Origin: Malacoraja senta
Taxonomy: Eukaryota
DNA: 64,000 nt
Assembly (NCBI GenBank): GCA_038087875.1
Contig: CM075988.1
Location: 21,020,001 to 21,084,000, forward strand
Direction: 5' to 3'
Below, one piece after another: positions 12,552-24,135 of the stretch (positions are counted from its first letter, which is position 1; each line of letters opens with the position of its first letter). Made by a program: the position numbers and the translations under genes. Below the pieces are notes generated by a model. It made no database searches. It saw only the letters and a list, made by a program, of their open reading frames with translations, and had not been told where the DNA came from.

Positions 12552-12955
12552 CATATTTCGTTCCGACGCTGTGAACATTGTATGTTCCAATTTTAGGTAA
12601 CTCCACAACCCTATTCCCTTCCCTTCTCCTTCCCTCCATATAACTCCCCTCTCCCCTCCCCCCTCCCCCCTCCCCTGTGTCCCATCTGGACTCACACCTA
12701 TTTCTCCGCCCTCCCCCCCCTCCACCTGCCTATTAAAAAAAAAAAAACTTCACCTGCATCCACCTATTACTTTCCAGGCTTTGTCCTTCCCCTCCTCTCT
12801 TCCAGCTTTCTCTCTCCCCCACCCCACTCCTCCCCATCCCCCACTTCCCTCAATTAGTCTGAAGAAGGGTCTCAACCCAAAATATTGCCTATCCATGTTC
12901 CCCTGAGATGCTGCCCGAGCCTCTGAACTACTCCGGCACTCTGTGTCTTCATAAC
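12552..12955 (+). mobile_element. Penelope-like element 3' end
   Basis: Degenerate GIY-YIG C-terminal tail (..VNIVCSNFR* at 12571-12600), a polypyrimidine tract, then CTGAAGAAGGGTCTCAACCC core and family tail. Confidence 0.7.
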
Positions 12956-13181
12956 AGTAACTCGTGTTTCTCATTCCATAGATGCTGCCTGACCTGCTGT
13001 GTGTTTCCAGCATTCCGCTTTTATTTCAGATTTCCAGTAACTGCAGCAGTTTTGATATTCAACAAAATGCTAGACTTCTTGTTGGAGGTTAATTGGAAAA
13101 CCCACTTACTATACGGTCTGCCTTCCTAGCAGTCAAGGTTCCAAACCCAGATGGGAGATTTTGCCCTGATACCCTGGGATG

Positions 13182-13690
13182 AGAGGGAGTACAGAGAAGG
13201 TTCACCAGATTGCTTCCTGGGATGGCAGGACTTTCATATGAAGAAAGACTGGATAGACTCGGCTTGTACTCGCTAGAATTTAGAAGATTGAGGGGGGGAT
13301 CTTATAGAAACTTACAAAATTCTTAAGGGGTTGGACAGGCTAGATGCAGGAAGATTGTTCCCGATGTTGGGGAAGTCCAGAACAAGGGGTCACAGTTTAA
13401 GGATAAGGGGGAAGTCTTTTAGGACCGAGATGAGAAAAAAAAAATTCACACAGAGAGTGGTGAATCTGTGGAACTCTCTGCCACAGAGGGTAGTTGAGGC
13501 CAGTTCATTGGCTATATTTAAGAGGGAGTTAGATGTGGCCCTTGTGGCTAAAGGGATCAGGGGGTATGGAGAGAAGGCAGGTACAGGATACTGAGTTGGA
13601 TGATCAGCCATGATCATATTGAATGGCGGTGCAGGCTCGAAGGGCCGAATGGCCTACTCCTGCACCTATTTTCTATGTTTCTATGTTTCA
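13182..13690 (+). mobile_element. CR1/HER1-type LINE, 5'-truncated, young
   Basis: RT C-terminus ..SRTRGHSLRIRG..RVVNLWNSLPQRVVEA.., 3' UTR and (ctatgttt)n tail; near-identical to 57757-58525 and 61256-62082. Confidence 0.92.
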
Positions 13691-14246
13691 ATAATAGATC
13701 AGCCATAATCAAATGGCAGACTCGATGGGCCGAATGGCCTAATTCTGCTCCTATGCCTTATGGACTTACGGTTCTTACGGTCCAAGGAAAACTATATTTT
13801 AATTTTTTTTTTTAACTATCATTAGGATGCTGTAAATTTGTGTAGTCTTCAAATTATTACTTGTACCAATTTAAAGGCTTGTATTTGTATAGCGTGCAGT
13901 TCTGGTCACCACATTACAGGATGGATGTGAAGGCTTTGGAGAGGGTGCAGAAGATGTTTCCCAGAATGCTGCCTGGATTAGAGGGTGTTTGCCACAAGGA
14001 GAGGTTGGGCAAACTTGGATTGTTCTCTCCAGAGAGCTGGAAGTTGAGCGGAGACTGGTAGAAGTACATAAGAATGTGTGAGGCAGCGGTATGGTAGACA
14101 TTCAGTACCCTTTTTTCTCCAGGGTGAAAACGTTCAGGGCAAGAGGGTGTAGGAAGGAACTGCAGGTGCTGGTTTAAATCGAAGATGGGCACAAAATGCC
14201 GGAGGAACTCAGTGGGACAGGCAGCATCTCTGGAGAGAAGGAGCGG

Positions 14247-14278
14247 GTGACGTTTCGGATCGAGACCCTTCTTCAGAC
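14247..14278 (-). ncRNA. Minimal type I hammerhead ribozyme-like motif within Penelope-like pLTR (about 14148-14520)
   Basis: Minus strand gt-CTGAAGA-A-GGGT-CTCG-ATCC-GAAA-CG-TC-ac: CUGANGA and GAAA boxes, 4-bp stem II, UH site; stem I is only 2 bp. Confidence 0.55.
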
Positions 14279-14822
14279 TGATGTCAGAGGAGTGGGCGGT
14301 GCATAGATAAGGAAGTGGATAGATAAGGATGTGTAAGGTGTGAAGACAGCACAAAGGGAATGGAGATCAAGGAAAATGTAGAATAGATCATTGTTAGTTG
14401 GGAGAAGGTAGCAACAAAGCAAACACAGATAAAATGTCGTCGGAGACAGTAAGACTGGTCGGCGAACTGGGAAGGGGACAGTAAGACTGGTCAGAGAACT
14501 GGGAAGAGGAAGAGGGCACAGCTTTACAGTCAGGGCAGGAATGTTTACAGGAGAGATACAGGCCACATTTTTACACAGAGAGTGGTGAGTGCCTGGAACA
14601 AGGCTGGTGGTGGAGACAAATACAATAGTGCCATTGAAGAGGCGTTTAGAGAGGCACTTGCATCTGCAGGGAATGGAGGGATATAGATCACAGGCTGGGA
14701 AGATCAGTTTAACTTGGCATCATGTTTAGCATGAACATTGTGGGCTGAAGGGCCTTTTCTTGTGCTGTACTGTTCTATGTTCTAACCAACTTTTAGACAT
14801 GGAGTGCAGTTCACTGACACTA

Positions 14823-15163
14823 GTAGGCCCCTCTCGGTCATGGCTGACCATGGGTGATACATCCTCAGATGCAAGCCTGTGCGATGTCATATGGAGGACA
14901 GGCTGTTGCCCATGCAGCATGTCCCCCCCTCTCCACGTTGCTGATCGATGCAAAGGAACAGCAGGGCCGTTAGTTTGGCACCAGCGCCGTCGCAGGAGCT
15001 GCCAGAGCGAGGTTGTAGACAACGACGAACTGCCTTAGGGGCTCCGACTGGATTTTTCTTGAGGTTTACTCCTGGAGCCTTTTCCATGGCTGGATATGGC
15101 CACAAGGCAGTGGAGATTGTAGATCAGAGTTTTTCCCTCTTCTGCATGGACTGCCTTCCCAAG
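14823..15163 (-). mobile_element. RTE-clade-derived short non-autonomous retroelement
   Basis: 9-bp TSD CTGACACTA (14814-14822, 15164-15172); minus-strand start GGGAAGGCAGTCCATGCAGAAGAGGGAAAAACTCTGA resembles the RTE 5' UTR motif. Confidence 0.6.
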
Positions 15164-15390
15164 CTGACACTATGGCATGCTTGTAATGGTGCTTATAAAA
15201 ATAAATAAATAGTCAGCATATGTGAAAGAAAAATAATGAGAATCTGAATGCATCAAATAAATCTGATTTATGTTTTTGTCACGAGTGAAAAAGCTGTTTA
15301 AAATAGCAAGTTAAAAATGCTTTAAATATTGCTATATATTTATTGTAAAAATGCTCATCCCTCTGCATCTATTCAAGTTAACAGAGAACG

Positions 15391-15522
15391 ATGGAACCAG
15401 GCATGAGAAATATAGAACTGCGTGAAACTGAAAGGGTGAACACATACATGAGCTGGTCTGTTTTCAATCTGATCTTCTGCTTCTTCCCACTTGGAGCAGC
15501 CGCTTTGTTTTATTCTTGCAAG
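15391..15522 (+). CDS. CD225/dispanin (IFITM/PRRT/SynDIG-like) gene 1, coding exon 1
   Basis: Strong Kozak ACGATGG; MEPGMRNIELRETERVNTYMSWSVFNLIFCFFPLGAAALFYSCK; phase-0 donor AAG|GTGAGT right after Y-S-x-K, the conserved dispanin intron position. Confidence 0.9.
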
Positions 15523-15851
15523 GTGAGTTGAAAACCCTGAGCAAAAATGTGAACAAGTGTTAAGGCTACAACATCTGAGGATAGGTGTGGACTGCGACTA
15601 AATGACACCATCAAATAAACCACAAGTTGGCATCACTCTGTGCAATGCTGTCCATAATTGCTAGCCTCTGGCATTCTCTGCTGCGTCCCAGATATCTAAA
15701 GATTACTGCAGTGGGTTGTTGGCTGTTAAAGCGTGGCATATCTGCAGCAACAATCCCGACGAATCCTGATTAGATCCGGCTTTACGTTCATTCCAAGGAC
15801 GTGGAGAACCCTGTTCAATTTTCGTCACCCCTGCTACAGGAAGAATGTTGA

Positions 15852-16125
15852 TGGCCCTGTCCCACGGTACGAGTTCATTCCAAGAGCTCTCCCGAGTTTG
15901 CCCTGATTCGAACTCGGACATTTACGGTAATGGCCGCTCATGTTGAAAAATCTTCACGATAGCGAGTCTTCCCGAGTACCTGCCGTTAGCGTTACGAGCC
16001 GCTAAGAGACGTCCCCGAGCTCCGACGTACCCGCTACGTTCATTCTCCGTGCTTACCACGAGTTTGATTTTTTTTTTTAACTCGGGAGAGCTCTTGGAAT
16101 GAACTCGTACCGTGGGACAGGGCCA
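15852..16125. mobile_element. Harbinger-type MITE subfamily A, inserted in an intronic CR1 fragment that continues to about 16460
   Basis: TIRs TGGCCCTGTCCCACGGTACGAGTTCATTCCAAGAGCTCTCCCGAG at both ends; flanks TGA/TAA. Confidence 0.85.
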
Positions 16126-16904
16126 TAAGCTGGAAAGGGTGCACAGGCGATTTACAAGGATGTTGCCAGAACTCGAGGGCACAAGCTATCGGGAGAAGTT
16201 GGGCAGGCTTGGACTTTATTCCTTGGAGCGCAGGAGGCTGAAGGGTAATCTTACAGAGGTGCGTAGGATTGTGAGGGGAATAGATAGGGTGGATGCGCAG
16301 AGTCTTTTACCCAGAGTTGGGGAATCAAGGACCAGAGGGCATAGGTTTAAGGTGAGAGGGGAAAGATTTAATAGGAACCTGAGGGGGCAACTTTGTCACA
16401 CAGAGGGTGGTGGGTATATGGCCTGTTACAGCACTGTATCTCTAAACTAAATAAAACTAAAATCTCCACAGGCAATGTCCAGCAGCATTTAAGCACCACT
16501 ACTATTTATTGTGGAGGAAGGAATTGCAGATGCTGATTTACACCAAAGATGGACACAAAATGTTGGTATTTCTTGATTGGCTTCCATTAGCATTGCTTGT
16601 TCTTCAGATCTCATTACAACCTTGGTTGTCCATAGAAAAATCAGCTAAGCACCAGAGGTGAGAGTGGCTGCCCTTGATAACCAGGAAGCATTTGACTATG
16701 TGGGACATTCAGGAGCTCCGGCATCATTACAGTCAAGGGGGAATCTCGTCACACCTCGAACAATGACTGGGGTTGTAGTGTCTGAAGCTATTTCATGGCC
16801 TTGGACATCACAGGTGGAGTTCCTCAGGCCAATGTCCCAACTATCTTCATGTGCTTCGTCAATAACCAAGAGAAGCGAGCAACATATAAGAAAAATATAA
16901 CATG

Positions 16905-18345
16905 CTACACTAAGTGTGACCCGTTGGATCCCAGCATCACACGGGAGGGCTGGTCCCCCAACGCAATATTCCACCTCTCCACCAATTCCAATATTGGTGG
17001 CCAGTAGGGGGGGGGGGGCTTTCTGGAGCGCTAGTATGGGTATTGTGGGCTGAAGAGACTGGTTTCCAGAGGGCCAATATGGACATTGTGGGCCGAATGG
17101 ATTCTTGGGCTGGCGGCTCAGTCACTCAAGCCTGTTGTGCTGGCAGCTCACTCACTCACGGCTGGTGGGCTGCCAGTTGACTCAGGGCTATTCCTTGAAA
17201 TTCCATTTCAAGCAGGGTGCAAGGCCACCAAATGCAAGTGCAGTTTCTTACCACTTCAAGCAAGGTGCAAGGCCACCAAATTCAAGTGCAGTTTCATACC
17301 ATTTCAAGCAGGGTGCAAGGCCACTAAAGACAGCGAGACGTGACCTCTCCCTCCTCCATATTGCAGAGACTGAGCCACGCCCACACTTCTGGGTTTCATA
17401 GACCCTCCCCCCCTCCCACCAGAAGGGGCGTGGCCTTCATGGGGTGATTGACAGGAGAGAGAATCTCAACATTTTTTAAACACTAATAACTCTTTTATTT
17501 TTCATCGATGGGAAAAATCCTCGGCACCTGATGAACGGGGGGGGGGGGGGGGGGGGTAGGGGAGTTTGAGTAAGATGGCCAAAAATCACAGCCGTATGTG
17601 GGAGCGTTTTTTCTAAAATCAATGGCCTCCTCCTGCACCTATTTTCTATGTTTCTATGTAAACAGGAAGTGGTCAAGATTAGACTTTTAATTATATAGAA
17701 GGCAAGGCAACTTTAATTAGGCAAGGCAACTTTAATTAGGCAAGGCAACTTTAATTAGGCAAGGCAACTTTAATTAGGCAAGGCAACTTTAATTAGGCAA
17801 GGCAACTTTAATTAGGCAAGGCAACTTTAATTAGGCAACACAGCTTAAGCATTTCCAAACCAAAGGCAACACAGCTTTAGCATTTCCAAACCAAAGGCAA
17901 CACAGCTTTAGCATTTCCAAACCAAAGGCAACACAGCTTTAGCATTTCCGAACTATATTTTCAAACCACATTAAGGGCATGATAGGTCAGTAAAACCACT
18001 CACAGTTTAGTAGACATGTGTTCAGTGTTATTCACAGCTCAGACTGAGAGCCGTGACACTCTTGCTTCCCCCATCTTGCAGAGACTGACTGAGGCACTCA
18101 ACACTTCAGGGTTTTATAGTCCTTACGGAAGGGGCGTGGCCTTCAGGAGAGAGAATCTCAACATTTTTTAAACACTAATAACTCTTTTATTTTTCATCGA
18201 TGGGAAAAATCCTCTTGCCCTGCGCAGCGGAGGGGGACTCTGAGTAAGATGGCCAAAAATCACAGCCGTAAGTGGCAGCGTTTTTTCTAAAATCAATATA
18301 CAGAACAACAGGAAGTGGTCAAGATCAGACTTTTAGTAATATAGA
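16905..18345 (-). mobile_element. Composite non-autonomous Helitron-like element in gene 1 intron
   Basis: Minus-strand 5' end A|TCTATATTACTAAAAG (18345), second internal 5' end TCTATATAATTAAAAG (17699), subterminal hairpin GGATCC-AAC-GGGTCA near 16917-16933 with a degenerate CTAG; internal tandem repeats. Confidence 0.7.
17701..17953. repeat. Tandem arrays: 7 x 19 bp GGCAAGGCAACTTTAATTA, then about 3.8 x 31 bp GGCAACACAGCTTTAGCATTTCCAAACCAAA
   Basis: Counted directly. Confidence 0.95.
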
Positions 18346-18558
18346 TAATAAAATAATATGATATAGAATGAAAGAAGATCTCATCACCCAATTAGATTTG
18401 AACATAGAGTTAAGGTCAGTTTTCCAACCCCCAATAGTTCCCACAAAATTCAGGCAGCAGCATCTTTGAAATTCCCCTATTCCCCGGGACAAGAAACGAA
18501 GGAATGATTTCACTTTAAAACTGCTGGTTCAATAATAGTTTGACTTCTTTCTTTTCAG

Positions 18559-18699
18559 ACTGACTTTGCTTCTAGAAATGATGACCAGGAGATTGCGAGG
18601 AAGTCATCATTTATTGCCAGGATATTGAACCTGACAGCAACATTGTGTGGAATTATTCTCATCACTGTAGTCATAACGCTTCGCTTATACTGGACATAA
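18559..18699 (+). CDS. CD225/dispanin gene 1, coding exon 2 (terminal)
   Basis: Acceptor CTTCTTTCTTTTCAG|, phase 0; TDFASRNDDQEIARKSSFIARILNLTATLCGIILITVVITLRLYWT*, matching the CD225 loop (D-x3-A..S..A-R-x-L-N) plus C-terminal TM helix; spliced protein is 90 aa. Confidence 0.88.
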   Translation, partial: TDFASRNDDQEIARKSSFIARILNLTATLCGIILITVVITLRLYWT

Positions 18700-18809
18700 A
18701 GATATGGAACTTGGTTTACACTGGCATGAATAGGGCACAGAGATTGTTTTCTGCTCGGTAGACCCATGAGCCAGTCGACATTGGACCTCGGGCTGGTGAC
18801 CTACTCACA

Positions 18810-19190
18810 GTTCATAACTAATAGGAGCAGAATTAGGCCACCCGGCCCATCGAGTCTGCTCTACCATTCAATCATGGCTGATTTATCTTTCCCCCTCAAC
18901 CCCATTCTCCTCCCTTCTCCCCATAACCCCTGATTCCTTTACCAATCACGAGTCTGTCAATCTCCGCCTTAAAAATATCCATGGCCACCACAGCCTTCTG
19001 TGGCAAAGAATTCCACAGATTCACCAACCTTTACTAAATAAATTCCTCCTCGTCTTTCTAAAGGTAAGTTGTTTTATTCCGAGGCTAGGCCTCTGGTCCT
19101 AGACTCTTCCACGATTGGAAACATCTTATCCACATCCACTCTATCCAGGTCTTTAACTATTCGGTAGGTTACAATGACGTCCCCCCTACC
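18810..19190 (-). mobile_element. CR1-type LINE 3' fragment, degenerate
   Basis: Reverse-complement similarity to the other CR1 3' ends in the window. Confidence 0.75.
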
Positions 19191-20374
19191 CCCCCATATT
19201 TCGATGTCATGTGGCAAATTCAAGCACATCACATCAAGAATGGGTTGAGGAATGTTGTAATACTGATGGAGCTCTTCGAAAGGTCCTGGGAAAAGAGGAT
19301 GTCGTTGGGAGAAGAGGAGAGGCCTTGATTGCGAATGAAAAATTTGTTTTCAATGGGAAGACATTGATTGAAAAAAGTAGGGGAGCATTGACCAAGAGAT
19401 GTGTGGGAGATGGTTCTAATCATGACTTTAATGACACAGGAAGAGCTCTTCATCTCTTCGCTAATCCATATTTAAGACAAACATATTGTAAAAATGCAGG
19501 TGGATGGCACTATTTTTTCCTAATGTGTAAAGCAATTCCAAATACTTTAGCCATTTCTGAAATTCGACCATTTCTCTTCCAGTCACAAATTGCATTAGCA
19601 CTGTTGATTAATTTCTGCATCAGATCTGCATCTAAAGACACAATTTTCTATTTGGTGCTTCCTTGGAGCATTGCCAGGGGATGCTTCCAGTTTATGGGTT
19701 TGACCTTGTTGTACCACAACAACTTGAAAGGACCTTGCTCTGTAGATCACAGCCCAACACTGGGACCCAATTCAGATAGGTCCCCCTTTATTTAATGAAT
19801 TGCCTGCTGCCTCTTTAGTTCCCTCAGTCCACCAAGGTACAGGCTACCTCTCCTCAGCTGTTCAAATCCCCCTATCCATCTCCCGACATCTCTCATTCTC
19901 TTGACCACCCCAGACCTAATTCCTTAGCCCCTCGACCCTGATCTACAACCTGAACCGTGCCTGACTGGTCTCTCTATCTCCATCCTCCTGGACCCAGCCC
20001 AGCACTTAGTCTTATCTCCATCATTGTTCATGAATTCCTGCATTTAGTCAGCAGAGTCAGAACTTGGGCCTTGAGTGCCAAAGTTGGGTCTGAGCTAACG
20101 GGGGTGACCACAGCTCCACGCGGTACCCCAAAATGCGAGCCGACCAAAGCCGTATAAAGCTGCAACTTGCTGATGCTTATACTCAATGTCCTGATCAATA
20201 AAAGCAAGAATACCGCATGCCTTTTTTACCACGCCCTCTACCAGCGTAGAAACTTTAGGAGAGCCTTTTCGTAAGAGAAAGATAGAAATGGGCATTAAAT
20301 CAATCCATTCCATTGTGCTCTTCATATATTTGTAGTGATGGATGTTTCTACGAAACCATTAACGTCAGATCTTG

Positions 20375-20845
20375 GCTCCATGTTACAGGAAAGATGTTGT
20401 CAAGCTACAAAGGGTGCAGAGAAGATTTACGAGGATGTTGCCTGGACTCAAGGGTCTGAGCTAGAGAAAGAGGTTGAGTAGGCTGGGTCTCTATTCCTTG
20501 GAGCGTTGGAGGATGAGGGGGCTGAATCTTATAGAGGTGTATGAAATCATGAGAGGAATAGATCGGGTAGATGCACAGAGTCTCTTGCCCAGAGTAGGGG
20601 AATCGAGGACCAGTGAAGGGGAAAAGATGTAATAGGAATCTGAGGGGTAACTTTTTCACACAAAAGGTGGTGGGTGTATGGAAAAAGCTGCCAGAGGAGG
20701 TAGTTGAGGCTGGGACTATTCCAATGTTTAAGAAACAGTTAGACAGGTACATGGATAGGACAGGTTTGGAGGGTTATGGACCAAGCACAGGCAGGTGGGA
20801 CTAGTGTAGCTGGGACATGTTGGCTGGTGTGGGCAAGTTAGGCCA
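20375..20845 (+). mobile_element. CR1/HER1-type LINE 3' fragment
   Basis: ..RNLRGNFFTQKVVGVWKKLPEEVVEAG..; frameshifted. Confidence 0.85.
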
Positions 20846-22690
20846 AGCGCTACTGACTCTAAATAGCAGGCACACAGCCAGAGTGGCTATTGATATCAGA
20901 ATGGATCAAAGCACCTACATTGCCCCAAAGAGATTCCATAACCATACTCAAGAGATGCAAGAAACTGCAGATGCTGGCATGTTGAGCAAAAGACAAAGTG
21001 CTGGAGGAACTCAATAGGTCAGCCAGCATCCGAGGGCGGTAATGAACAGTCAATGTTTCAGACTGAAGAAGGGTCCCAAAGCAAAACATTGTCATCTGCC
21101 TACCAAATGTCCCCCTTGCCTATATTGACTTAATGCTTTGTCCCGCCTCTCCCCCTTTCCAGCTATCTAATCCCTCTTAAAATCAGTCTGAAGAAAGGGT
21201 CTTGACTTGAAAACATTGTTCTCCAGAGAGGCTGCCTGACCTGCTGAGTTACCCCAGCACTTTGTTTTAGTTTACCATGCTTTGAGCGGGGACTTAGATA
21301 GATAATAGATCATTAAAAACAATAGTTTGATCGTTCATTTACATGTGGGCCAGGTTTCATAGTGTTGCCTGTCCAATGTTACCTGTCTTTAAGGCAGCTC
21401 CACGCTTCACAGGTGTACTTAGCGTGTCATTCCCCGGCACACCTTTCACCTGGAAACCATTTTTGTTGTTGTCACCATCAGGTTTGTGAGTCATTGCATT
21501 GTCACAGATACACAAGCAGAGCATCATCAGATTTCTTGGCCCAAATGTACAGTTGACCTATTGCTTGCTATTTCTAATTAGAGTGTAGCAATGTCTTCAG
21601 TTATTATTCCTCCACAGTTAATCTCTCGGGCATAGAAAATGTGAACACCTGACAAAGTAGCAGCTGTGGAGAGAGGAACAGAGTTAACTTTTCAGGTTGG
21701 ATTTCAAAGAACTGGGAAAAGTCAAACATTTGATTTAAAAAAGCATCAGTCTGAAGCAATACTCACCACAGATGCTGCCTGACCTGCTGAGTATTTCCAG
21801 AAAAAGTCACAAAGTGCTGGAGTAACTCAGCAGATATTTCCAGTATTTCCAGCACTTTCTATTTGAATTCAAGTTCCCAGCATCTGCAGAATCTTGCAAT
21901 GGCTGGTGTCATCACGTGGTATAAAAATAGATTAAAAAATTGCAAGCACATCGCCAGCTTCTGAACTGCTATCTGAAGTGTGTCTGCTGTTCTCCTGGCT
22001 CCCGAAATATCATGTGTGGAAAGGAACTGCAGATGCTGGTTTCTACCGAAGATAGACACAGTGCTGGAGTAACTCAGCGGGTCAGGCAGCATCCCTGGAG
22101 AAAACGGATGGATGATGTCTGGGTTTGATTCTGAAGAAACATCACGACTCAAAACATCACCCATCCTTTTTCTCCAGAGATGCTGCCTGACCCGCTGGAG
22201 TAACTCAGCAGAAGCCTCCACGAGGCGCATCCCGGGCAATGCTGACGATAGAAACTGTACCACAGTGACTGACTGAAGCAGCCAATTCTGCAACCACCGA
22301 CCGTCAACCGTCACTGACCGACCGGAAAGACGTGATATAGAAGATGGCCGGACACGAGGAAGAAGAAGACTCCAGCACCTTGTGTCTATCTCCTGAAATA
22401 TCATATTCACTTTCATAGTTCGCTGTTAAACATTCTGAAATACTTAACTTCAACAGAACCTGTCGCAAAATACATATTGCTTCATTTCTAGCCATCCTTC
22501 TGGTTGCATTGCGAAACCTTCTTATGTTTTATTCTGCAATGGATTTGATGATGATGTTTGAATCATTAAATTGCTGCATTTAATTACCTTTAAACATTGC
22601 GCCCTGAGTAATGGATTGACAAAAGAAAAATGTTAATATAAGACATACTGTAATTAATCTTCATTTGTTTGCTTATTATCTCAGTTTAAT

Positions 22691-22720
22691 AATAAAGTAA
22701 CTGTTCAACATGGTTTGTTT
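22691..22720 (+). promoter_or_regulatory. Candidate polyadenylation signal
   Basis: AATAAA at 22691-22696, CA about 13 nt downstream, then GT-rich TGGTTTGTTT, in AT-rich unique sequence downstream of gene 1. Confidence 0.35.
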
Positions 22721-22948
22721 CAGACTCTGGTGAGGTTTGTGTTTACTGAGATGGAGTTTATACTGGTGAATTGAACCTCCTTCCTTTCTATTGTGTGGAG
22801 TTAACAACATCAGGTATTCCTAGAGTGAACTGCACACTTCCATCTAAATGATTCGATTCAATGATACATTATTGTCACATGTACCGAGGTACAGTGAAAT
22901 GCCTTGTTTTGCAGACAACCTGGTAATATCATATAGCAGTCCTCCACT

Positions 22949-23866
22949 TGGATGAAGGCATTCAAAGTAACATTAGCAAATTTGCAGATGACACAAACCC
23001 TTGGACAGGTTGGGGGAGTGGGCAGACGCATGGCAGATGAAGTTTAATGCGGATAAATGTGTGGTTATCCACTTTGGTATCAAAAACAGGAAGGCAGATT
23101 ACTATCTAAATGGCGTCAAGTTGGGAAAAGGGGAAGTACAACAGGATCTGGGGGTCCTTGTTCATCAGTCTTTGAAAGTAAGCATGCAGGTACAGCAGGC
23201 AGTGAAGAAAGCGAATGGCATGTTGGCCTTTATAACAAGAGGAGTCGAGTATAGGAGCAAAGAGGTCCTTCTGCAGTTGTACAGGGCCCTAGTGAGACCA
23301 CACCTGAAGTATTGTGTGCAGTTTTGGTCCCCTAATTTGAGGAAGGACATTCTTGCTATTGAGGGAGTGCAGCGTAGGTTTACAAGGTTAATTCCGGGAT
23401 GGCGGGACTGTCATATGCTGAGAGAATGGAGTGGCTGGGCTTGTACACTCTGGAGTTTAGATGAGAGGGGATCTCATTGAAACATATAAGATTGTTAAGG
23501 GTTTGGACATGCTAGAGGCAGGAAACATGTTCCCGATGTTGGTGGAGTCCAGAACCAGGGGCCACAGTTTAAGAATAAGGGGTAAGCCATTTAGAATGGA
23601 GACGAGGAAACACTTTTTCTCACAGAGAGTTGTGAGTCTGTGGAATTCTCTGCCTCAGAGGGTGGTGGAGGCCGGTTCTGTGGATACTTTCAAGAGAGAG
23701 CTAGATAGGGCTCTTAAAGATAGCGGAGTCAGGGGATATGGGGAGAAGGCAGGAACGGAGTACTGATTGTGGATGATCAGCCATGATCACATTGAATGGC
23801 GGTGCTGGCTCGAAGGGCCGAATGGCCTACTCCTGCACCTATTGTCTATTGTCTATTGTCTATTGT
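22949..23866 (+). mobile_element. CR1/HER1-type LINE, 5'-truncated RT fragment
   Basis: KFADDT, WQMKFNADKC, LYRALVRPHLKYCVQFWSP, TRGHSLRI motifs; (tattgtc)n tail; frameshifts. Confidence 0.93.
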
Positions 23867-23871
23867 CACAT

Positions 23872-24135
23872 GGGGCGGCACGGTGGCGCAGCGGTAGAGC
23901 TGCTGCCTTACAGCGCCAGAGACCCGGGTCCGATCCTGACTACGGGTGCTTGTCTGTACGGAGTTTGTACTTTTTCTCTGTGACCTGCGTGGCTTTTCTC
24001 CGGGTGCTCCGGTTTCCTCCCACACTCCAAAGACGTACAGGATTTGTAGGCCAATTGACCGGTAAGAATTGTCAATTGTCCCTAGTGTGTAGGATAATGC
24101 TAGTGTATGTTGGTCGCTGGTTGGCACGGACTCCC
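23872..24135 (+). mobile_element. HE1-type SINE
   Basis: GGGGCGGCACGGTGGCGCAGCGGTAGAG head plus core. Confidence 0.85.

Noticed and set aside
17701..17953. Regular short repeats resembling a CRISPR or iteron array
   Set aside because: Head-to-tail repeats without unique spacers, inside a Helitron-like element
19211..19795. 194-codon ORF downstream of gene 1
   Set aside because: Non-ATG start, no recognisable domain or splice context; more likely 3' UTR or intergenic
22209..22368. CpG-containing insert with CCAAT, CCGGAA and AAGATGGC motifs
   Set aside because: Embedded within a PLE fragment and short; cannot distinguish a promoter from a TE piece
23872..23945. tRNA-like A/B boxes (many copies)
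   Set aside because: These are SINE heads, not tRNA genes; no complete cloverleaf, and each is followed by the SINE core
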